Shown in pieces: positions 8,469-15,060 of a stretch of DNA of 19,193 nt. The stretch comes from Verrucomicrobiales bacterium. GTDB lineage: Bacteria; Verrucomicrobiota; Verrucomicrobiia; Verrucomicrobiales; SLCJ01. The stretch covers positions 1 through 19,193 of the forward strand of contig JBJTQJ010000027.1 in assembly GCA_046075565.1 (NCBI GenBank), in the 5' to 3' direction. Both the position numbers and the translations under genes were made by a program. Every line of letters starts with the position of its first letter. Within the stretch, counting starts at the first letter, position 1. Below the pieces are notes generated by a model that saw nothing but the letters and a program-made list of their open reading frames with translations, did no database searches and was not told where the DNA came from.

Positions 8469-9874
8469 AACCGAATGCCATGGTGAATCGCGTGTCCGCC
8501 GCTTGCCTCGCGGTCCTTCTCTTGGCCGTTCCCGCTTCGCGCGCCGGCCAGATCGTCTTTGTGAACGGAGACCGCATCAGCGGCACTCCGGGAGCAATCG
8601 AAGCTTCCGGCGAATTACTTTGGAAACCCGATGGCTCCGACAATCCCGTGCGCATTCCGCTCGAGACCATTGATCAGATTGAAACCGGTCGGACCGGCGG
8701 CAAGGGCACCGGTCGTAATGTATCACTCAGTCTCAGCAACGAGGATTTGCTGCACGGCAGCCTTCGTGCTCTCGGGGAAGAAACCGTCGAAGTGGAATCC
8801 CCCGCCTTCGGCACCATCACCGTACCGCGTCCGATGATCACCAATCTCAGCGTGAGCGAAGGGGGTTTCTTTCTTCTTCCGCATCCCGGCAACAGCAAGG
8901 ACTGGTTCGTGGATAAAACCGGCTCGTGGAAAGTGCTCAATGGCGTGCTCAAGTCCACCCAATACGGCGTGCTCGGGCGCAACCTCCCCCGCGCTAGCCG
9001 CATCCGTGTCGATTTCGACGTGAGCGGCTCTGATAACAATCTCGGCTTCACGGTGCATCTATTCTCGACCAACGAAAAAGCTCCGGCGCGGGGCTCCCAC
9101 TACGCCCTCCAGTTCGCCGGCTCGTATGTCTATGTTCGCAAGGTGAGCATGACCGAGGAAGCAGGCGGTCTTTTTGGACGCGGCGGCGGCATCAATCATG
9201 AACAGATGGGCGACACCGTGCGCTTGGAAAAGAGGCTCGGCGCCCGACCGGTGCGCATGACCATTCTCGGAGACGCCAAAAGCGGAACACTCATCCTGCT
9301 TGCCGACGGACAGGAAGTCCATCGCTGGTCAGACCCCCGGGGCTTCGGTGAAAAGCACGGCACCGCCATCGGTTTCGGAAACAACAACAGCCAGGAACTT
9401 GAGATCAGCAATCTCACCGTCTCGCGCTGGAACGGGGCCAGTCCAGGCGAGGAAAAGCAGTCGTCCACCGATCTGGATTCCGACATGGTCTTCACCAGCA
9501 ATGACGATTTTCTCAGCGGCCTGGTCACTGGAGTCAAGGATGGTGATTTGGCGATGGAGTCCGAGCATTTCGGCCCGCTCATGATTCCCACCCAGCGGAT
9601 CCAGCGCGTGCAGCTCGCCACATTGACCCGCGAACAAGCCCGTCGTCAGGAAGGCGATGTGCAGGTCACCCTACAGGATGGCAGCAGACTGACCCTCAAG
9701 CTGGTCTCCCTAGACGACGCGTTTATGATCGGTACCGGCGAAAACACCGGTGAAGTCAAGATTGCCGCGAATGAAATCGCGAAGCTCCGCTTCAATCTCT
9801 ACCGTGATTCGCCCATCGACCCCGCCAGCGTGAGCATCAGCGATTCCGCGCGCCTTCTCGGAGAAGACTGGTAA
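8465..9874 (+). CDS. Secreted hypothetical protein, paralogue C (same architecture)
   Basis: 469 aa, ATGA overlap. Signal peptide ...RVSAACLAVLLLAVPASRA. Repeats such as IVFVNGDRISG...PVRIPLETIDQI. Central domain ends SNLTVSRWNG. Confidence 0.85.
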   Translation: MKPNAMVNRVSAACLAVLLLAVPASRAGQIVFVNGDRISGTPGAIEASGELLWKPDGSDNPVRIPLETIDQIETGRTGGKGTGRNVSLSLSNEDLLHGSLRALGEETVEVESPAFGTITVPRPMITNLSVSEGGFFLLPHPGNSKDWFVDKTGSWKVLNGVLKSTQYGVLGRNLPRASRIRVDFDVSGSDNNLGFTVHLFSTNEKAPARGSHYALQFAGSYVYVRKVSMTEEAGGLFGRGGGINHEQMGDTVRLEKRLGARPVRMTILGDAKSGTLILLADGQEVHRWSDPRGFGEKHGTAIGFGNNNSQELEISNLTVSRWNGASPGEEKQSSTDLDSDMVFTSNDDFLSGLVTGVKDGDLAMESEHFGPLMIPTQRIQRVQLATLTREQARRQEGDVQVTLQDGSRLTLKLVSLDDAFMIGTGENTGEVKIAANEIAKLRFNLYRDSPIDPASVSISDSARLLGEDW

Positions 9875-9906
9875 ATCCGGAGTTGGGTGCCCACTCACCA
9901 GGGACG

Positions 9907-11034
9907 TCACTCCCCTCCAAAGTGGACCCGCGCGACACGCGCCGTCACTCTCGTTAGGATTTCCCAGGCGATGGTTCCGGCTTTGGCGGCCAGACTTCCC
10001 ACCGACAGGTTCGGACCGAAGATTTCCGCTTCATCGCCTTCGTTGATCGGAAGACCCGTGGCATCGACCATGATTTGATCCATGGTCACCCGCCCGAGCA
10101 CCGGGACACGCCGTCCACACAACAGCACCTCCGCACCTTGGCCCGAAAGGTGGCGCGGGTAGCCGTCGCCATAACCGATGCCGAGGGTCGCCACTTTGGT
10201 CGGCCGGGTCGTGATGAACGTGCGCCCGTAAGAGACTCCATGGCCCGCCGGAAGCTCGCGGATGAGGCTCACCCGGGCTTTGAGGGTCATCACTGTTTGC
10301 AGCTCGCGGCCCGCTTCGGCGGCGACCGGAGCGTGGCCGTAGAGCATGAGGCCCGGGCGGGTGAGATTGGTCGCCCGGCAATGATAGCCTAACAAACCCG
10401 CGCTATTGAACAAATGCCGCCAGCGCCAGCGCGCCTCGCCGCCCGTGGCCGCGACGACACGTTCGAAACATTCGATCTGCGAGAGGGTGAATTCACGATC
10501 CTCATCGGCCGACGGAAGATGGGAACCGATCCCATCGAGCAGCAGATTGGGAAATGCCTCCAGCGCGGGCAGACATGCGGGCAAGTCCGCCGCCACAAAA
10601 CCCCCGCGCCCCATACCCGTATCTACCGCCACATGGACGGCGAGGCGTTTTCCCGCCGCTACCGCAAGCCGATCAAAATGGGCGGCTTCCTCCAACGTGG
10701 AGAGACACGGGACCCAACTGCGGGCGACAATTTCCTCGCGCTCGCCCGCCCACGTGGCGCCGAGAAGATAAAGAGGCTTCGTCACCCCCGTGCGGGCGAT
10801 TCTCCTCGCCTCACCCACGTTCGCGACACCAAAAAAAACGACGTCCGGGTGACCGGCCAGCGCCCGTGCCACTTCCTCCAGTCCATGGCCATATGCCCCG
10901 GCCTTCAGCACGGCCATGACCGGTTGTCCTCCGGCACGGACCGCCACCCCGATATTGTGGGCCAAGGCGCGCAAATCCACCTCCGCCCACGCCCGAGGCG
11001 GGGAAACTGGATAGGATTCGGAATCGCCGGGCAT
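9907..11034 (-). CDS. alr: Alanine racemase (PLP-dependent)
   Basis: RAWAEVDLRALAHN, MAVLKAGAYGHG (PLP lysine), VDTGMGRGG, RPGLMLYG, VSYG (catalytic Tyr), GYGDGYPR, GRVTMDQ. ATG 11034 preferred; TTG 11043 is an alternative start. Confidence 0.96.
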   Translation of the reverse strand: MPGDSESYPVSPPRAWAEVDLRALAHNIGVAVRAGGQPVMAVLKAGAYGHGLEEVARALAGHPDVVFFGVANVGEARRIARTGVTKPLYLLGATWAGEREEIVARSWVPCLSTLEEAAHFDRLAVAAGKRLAVHVAVDTGMGRGGFVAADLPACLPALEAFPNLLLDGIGSHLPSADEDREFTLSQIECFERVVAATGGEARWRWRHLFNSAGLLGYHCRATNLTRPGLMLYGHAPVAAEAGRELQTVMTLKARVSLIRELPAGHGVSYGRTFITTRPTKVATLGIGYGDGYPRHLSGQGAEVLLCGRRVPVLGRVTMDQIMVDATGLPINEGDEAEIFGPNLSVGSLAAKAGTIAWEILTRVTARVARVHFGGE

Positions 11035-11195
11035 GGGGAGCAAAAGTGGTCTCTTCCGGCGAAACTTGGCCCCTCATCCGGTCGGTGACAAGAGGATCAC
11101 GGCTGATGTATGCCTAGTAGGGCCAAAAATCACGCGAAGCGGCTGCCTCTTCATGCTTTTCCAAAAAATCAGAATGTGCCATCTGTAAGGCAGGC

Positions 11196-11201
11196 TACAC
11201 T
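11196..11201 (+). promoter_or_regulatory. Putative -10 box (TACACT) 6 nt upstream of ATG 11208; leaderless-type promoter
   Basis: TAnnnT hexamer followed by GGGCGT and then ATG. No SD and no convincing -35. Confidence 0.45.
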
Positions 11202-11207
11202 GGGCGT

Positions 11208-11645
11208 ATGAAATGGCTTCAATCTCCGCGTCCCGTTTCCCCGACCATCGGCCTCGTGCTGATGATGCTTCTGACCACCATTTTGCCCGCCTCCGCCGGC
11301 CCGCATGACCCCGATGTCCGGTGGAAAGATGCCCGCGAATCCTTCTCCACTCCGCCGGAGGCTTTTGTTCTCGATGTGGACTGGAAAGTTGCCAAGGGTT
11401 TCGGCGAACGCCTTGATGTCGAGATCAACGGTGGCAAAACCGCGTCCCATTGGCTTCCGGGCGAAACCACCTCCGGGAGCGTGCCGCTCAAGTTCGACGG
11501 CAAAAAACTCGGTCCCGGCGAACACGTCATCCGCGTGTGCATCTGGCAGGGAAACGACAAACACCGCGATACCCGCGGTTGGACAAAACCCCTGCGCGTT
11601 CTCGTGGCAGGGCCCGCCGAGGTCACCATGCCGGAAAAAAGGTGA
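11208..11645 (+). CDS. Small secreted hypothetical protein, probably a single beta-sandwich domain
   Basis: 145 aa. Signal peptide (IGLVLMMLLTTILPASA). Alternating hydrophobic strands FVLDVDW, LDVEING and LGPGEHVIRVCIW. Fills the gap between alr and the ATPase. Confidence 0.72.
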   Translation: MKWLQSPRPVSPTIGLVLMMLLTTILPASAGPHDPDVRWKDARESFSTPPEAFVLDVDWKVAKGFGERLDVEINGGKTASHWLPGETTSGSVPLKFDGKKLGPGEHVIRVCIWQGNDKHRDTRGWTKPLRVLVAGPAEVTMPEKR

Positions 11646-11679
11646 CTCCGCTCCGCTTGCATGATATTTCATGACGAGT

Positions 11680-11688
11680 TGTTAGACT
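11680..11688 (+). promoter_or_regulatory. Putative extended -10 promoter (TGtTAGACT) of the ATPase gene
   Basis: TGn + TAGACT, 29 nt upstream of ATG 11718, in an AT-richer intergenic patch. Confidence 0.45.
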
Positions 11689-11717
11689 TTTCCTTTCATT
11701 CCATCCGTTCATCCGCC

Positions 11718-14144
11718 ATGTCCACAGCATTACCCGCTTACGAAAAACTCGGAGCCTTCTATCTGGGTCGTGTGCACGACCTTGAAACCCGTGCCACCAG
11801 CGAACAGGATTTGCTTTACGATTCCAAGGACCTCGTGACCCACGGCGTCGTGCTCGGCATGACCGGCAGCGGAAAAACCGGCCTCTGTCTCGCCCTGCTC
11901 GAAGAAGCCGCGCTCGATGGCGTGCCCGCCGTAATCATCGATCCTAAGGGTGACATCGCCAACCTGATGCTGACCTTCCCGGAGCTGCGACCGGAGGATT
12001 TCCGTCCATGGATCAACGAGGATGATGCACGTCGCAAGGGCGTGGAACCCGATGCGTTCGCCGCCGGCCAAGCCGAGCTTTGGAAAAACGGACTCGCCAA
12101 ATGGGGGCAGGATGGCGACCGCATCCGTCGCTTGCGGGAGAGCACCGACATCGCCATCTACACGCCCGGCAGCAATGCCGGTTTGCCCGTCTCCATTCTC
12201 AGTTCCTTCGAGTGCCCGCCCGCGGCTGTGCTCGAAGACACGGAAGCATTTTCCGGCCGCATCGAGAGCACGGTTTCCTCGTTGCTCGCGTTGTTGGGGA
12301 TCGATGTCGATCCCCTGCAGAGCCGCGAGCACCTTTTCCTGTCTGCCGTTTTCCAAACCGCATGGCTGGAAGAAAAGGATCTCGATTTGCCCGCGCTCAT
12401 CCGCGAAATGCAAAATCCTTCGTTCGACAGTGTCGGCGTGATGCCGCTGGAAACATTCTTTCCGGAAAAAGACCGTATGGCTCTCGCCATGCGCCTGAAT
12501 GGCCTACTCGCCTCGCCGGGATTTTCCCTCTGGCTCCAAGGCGAGGCCCTCGACATCGGCTCGATGGTGTATGGCCCCACCGGAAAACCGAAACTGGCCA
12601 TCTTCTCCATCGCGCATCTCGGCGACTCGGAGCGTATGTTCTTCGTTTCCCTGTTGCTCAACCAGATGGTGGCATGGATGCGCGGGCAAAGCGGCACGAC
12701 CAGCCTGCGCGCCCTGCTCTACATGGACGAAATTTTCGGCTACCTCCCGCCGTCGGCCAACCCGCCGAGCAAAAAGCCGATGATGACTTTGCTCAAACAA
12801 TCACGCGCCTTCGGTCTTGGCGTGTTGCTGGCCACCCAGAACCCGGTCGACCTCGATTACAGGGCGCTGTCGAACATGGGCACATGGTTCCTCGGGCGCT
12901 TGCAAACGGAACGCGACAAGGCCCGCGTGCTCGACGGCCTCGAAGGAGCCGCCAGCGGCCAGGGCTCTGCTTTCAATCGCGCCGACATGGAGCGTGCCAT
13001 CTCCGGTCTCGGCAACCGCGTTTTCCTCATGAACAACGTGCACGACGACGGCCCGACCGTCTTCGAAACCCGCTGGGTCATGTCCTATCTGCGCGGCCCG
13101 CTCACCCGCGATCAGATCAAAGGGCTGATGGAGCCGCAGCGCTCCAGCGTTACCTCCAAAGAGGGTGCCGCCGCCAAACCGCAGGCCGCCATTCCCACGG
13201 CCAAACCCGGGCATGGCACTATGGTGAAACCGAAAGTCGATGCCCGCGTCGAGGAGTGGTTCCTGCCGTTGCCGGAGGGTGCCGATGCGAGCACGTTCTG
13301 TTATTTGCCGAAGGTCATGCGCGCTAGCCGCGTGATGATCAGTGACGCGAAACTTGCCATCAATTTCACCGACGAGTCCGCCGCGCTTGCACCAATGGAC
13401 GCCGACCGTGGCGATGCCGACTGGGCCAATGCCGAGGCCCTCGAAGAAGAGCCCGCCACTCTCTCCCGCAAACCCGTGTCCGGTGTCTCCTTCCTCGCGC
13501 TGCCGAAGGAACTCGCCTCCGGCACCTGGTTCACCAATCGGAAAAAAGAATTCACCGACGAGTTGTCCCGCGTGAGCAAACTTGATTTGCTCCAATCGCC
13601 CTGCACCGGGCTCGTCAGCCAGCCCGGTGAAGACGAACGGGATTTCCGCATCCGTGCCACCCAGAAAGCCCGCGAACTCCGGGATGAACGAGTCACCCTC
13701 CTGCGCGAGGATTACACGAAGAAGATCGCCCGCGAAACCGATGATGTGGAACGCGCCCGCGTCGCCGTCGAACGCGAGAAGGAACAATCGCGGGGCGCGA
13801 AGTGGAGCGCCATCGCCAATGCCGGCGCCTCCCTGCTTGGAGCCTTGCTCGGCGGAAAGAAAAAACTTACCGCAACCAATGTTCGTCGTGCGGCGAGCGC
13901 GGGCGGAGCCATCACCAAGTCCATGGGCCAAGCCTCCGATGTCGAACGCGCCGAGGACAAACTCGCCGCCGCGCAAGAAGATGTGGCCAAACTTGAGGCC
14001 GAACTCGCGGAAAAAATTTCCGGTCTGGAACGCGTGCTCGACCCCATCAGCGAATCTCTCGCCACCGTCACCCTCAAGCCGCTCAAAAAAGACATCACCG
14101 TCACCGCTTTCGGCATCGCCTGGGTTCCGGAGGCCAAGGCATGA
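11718..14144 (+). CDS. HerA/FtsK-superfamily ATPase (DUF87/DUF853-like) with C-terminal coiled coil
   Basis: THGVVLGMTGSGKT (Walker A), IIDPKGD, LLYMDEIFG (Walker B), KQSRAFGLGVLLATQNP (Arg finger/sensor region). ATG 11718 (808 aa, MSTALPAYEKLGAFYLG) preferred over 11661. Confidence 0.9.
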   Translation: MSTALPAYEKLGAFYLGRVHDLETRATSEQDLLYDSKDLVTHGVVLGMTGSGKTGLCLALLEEAALDGVPAVIIDPKGDIANLMLTFPELRPEDFRPWINEDDARRKGVEPDAFAAGQAELWKNGLAKWGQDGDRIRRLRESTDIAIYTPGSNAGLPVSILSSFECPPAAVLEDTEAFSGRIESTVSSLLALLGIDVDPLQSREHLFLSAVFQTAWLEEKDLDLPALIREMQNPSFDSVGVMPLETFFPEKDRMALAMRLNGLLASPGFSLWLQGEALDIGSMVYGPTGKPKLAIFSIAHLGDSERMFFVSLLLNQMVAWMRGQSGTTSLRALLYMDEIFGYLPPSANPPSKKPMMTLLKQSRAFGLGVLLATQNPVDLDYRALSNMGTWFLGRLQTERDKARVLDGLEGAASGQGSAFNRADMERAISGLGNRVFLMNNVHDDGPTVFETRWVMSYLRGPLTRDQIKGLMEPQRSSVTSKEGAAAKPQAAIPTAKPGHGTMVKPKVDARVEEWFLPLPEGADASTFCYLPKVMRASRVMISDAKLAINFTDESAALAPMDADRGDADWANAEALEEEPATLSRKPVSGVSFLALPKELASGTWFTNRKKEFTDELSRVSKLDLLQSPCTGLVSQPGEDERDFRIRATQKARELRDERVTLLREDYTKKIARETDDVERARVAVEREKEQSRGAKWSAIANAGASLLGALLGGKKKLTATNVRRAASAGGAITKSMGQASDVERAEDKLAAAQEDVAKLEAELAEKISGLERVLDPISESLATVTLKPLKKDITVTAFGIAWVPEAKA

Positions 14145-14156
14145 ACCGGAACGGGA

Positions 14157-14329
14157 AAATGAAAACCACAGATTTCACCCTACGCCGCCCTGCGGGCTAT
14201 GAAGGGCAAACAGAGGGACACGGATTTTAAGGAACTGGACTGAAAGCAAACTGGTCCCTGTGGTAAATAGCACTTCATTCATACCACCCTCATCATCTGT
14301 GTTATCCCTGCATTCCGTGGTTCTCATTT
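14157..14329. repeat. REP/MITE-like palindromic element with ~9-nt periodic arms and a nested 33-nt hairpin
   Basis: Terminal inverted repeat AAATGAAAACCACAGA (14157-14172) vs TCCGTGGTTCTCATTT (14314-14329), 14/16. Inner ACACGGAT (14218-14225) vs ATCTGTGT (14295-14302), 7/8. Confidence 0.7.
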
Positions 14330-14362
14330 AAGCATTCAGGATAAAGCCCCCACTCACGCTGC

Positions 14363-14953
14363 ATGATCGCCCTCCTCCGCCTCCTTTCGCTTCTGCCCGC
14401 CTTTGTGTTGTTCTTCTTCCCCTGGGTGGAAGTCCGATGCCAGAAGGACCCGATGTTCACGCAAACCGGCATCCAGGTCATCTACGGAGGCGCGACCGCG
14501 AATCCGGAATTCGCCAAGTGGATAGAATCCGACAAGGAACAGACCATGGAGGATCGACTCGGCACCGGATGGCTGGTTGGTATTGCTTTGCTGAGCGTCT
14601 GCGCTGCCATCGTGCTCGCCTTCCTGGCGCTTCGAACGCAAGCCGTCGGCCACGGAGTCCGCGCCGAGGGCCTTGCCGCCCTTGCTCTGGTCGCGCTCAT
14701 CATCCAGCTTTCCATCGGCTTCCCCGCCGAGGAAAAGATTCGCAACGACACGGACCCCGCCAAGTCTGGAAAACCCCAGGACGACCTCAAGGCCGGTATT
14801 TCCCGCACCTTCGTAAAGAGCATCAGCACCCACGTCCTGCCCGTCTATTACGTGCAACTCGGTCTGTTAGGCTTTCCCGTCCTTCTGCTGCTCAATTCCT
14901 CCCTCTCGCATTTGCAGAGAAAGGACGAAGACCTCTCCAGCGGGGGAAGTTAG
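14363..14953 (+). CDS. Hypothetical integral membrane protein (~4 TM)
   Basis: 196 aa. Hydrophobic segments LLSLLPAFVLFFFPW, WLVGIALLSVCAAIVLAFLAL, LAALALVALIIQLSIGF and VYYVQLGLLGFPVLLLL. Confidence 0.8.
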   Translation: MIALLRLLSLLPAFVLFFFPWVEVRCQKDPMFTQTGIQVIYGGATANPEFAKWIESDKEQTMEDRLGTGWLVGIALLSVCAAIVLAFLALRTQAVGHGVRAEGLAALALVALIIQLSIGFPAEEKIRNDTDPAKSGKPQDDLKAGISRTFVKSISTHVLPVYYVQLGLLGFPVLLLLNSSLSHLQRKDEDLSSGGS

Positions 14954-14978
14954 CACGCATTTGCCACACTTTGCGTGA

Positions 14979-15002
14979 CCAGGTGCAAGGATTTGCACTT
15001 GG
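14979..15002. terminator. Stem-loop between convergent genes (possible bidirectional terminator or pause site)
   Basis: CCAGGTGCAA-GGAT-TTGCACTTGG, a 10-bp stem with one G-U pair. No U-tract on either side. Confidence 0.4.
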
Positions 15003-15060
15003 GTCTCCGTCGGGCCTATGCTCCACCAATCCGTTTGTATCCGGTAAAATTCCCGCGGCC

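Noticed and set aside
7059-9874. Paralogues B and C both exactly 469 aa, suggesting a recent duplication
   Set aside because: The sequences are highly diverged with different indels and C's start is uncertain, so equal length is probably coincidental.
9880-9896. Small hairpin between paralogue C and alr
   Set aside because: Only ~6 bp with a bulge and no U-tract, too weak to call a terminator.
12080-13327. 415-aa alternative-frame ORF inside the ATPase (also 14437-15393 and 15852-16703)
   Set aside because: Arg/Pro/Gly-rich off-frame translations with no domain signal.
11718-14144. HerA-based anti-phage system or conjugative VirB4/TraD
   Set aside because: No Sir2, nuclease, NurA, relaxase or T4SS genes adjacent. 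The context is housekeeping.
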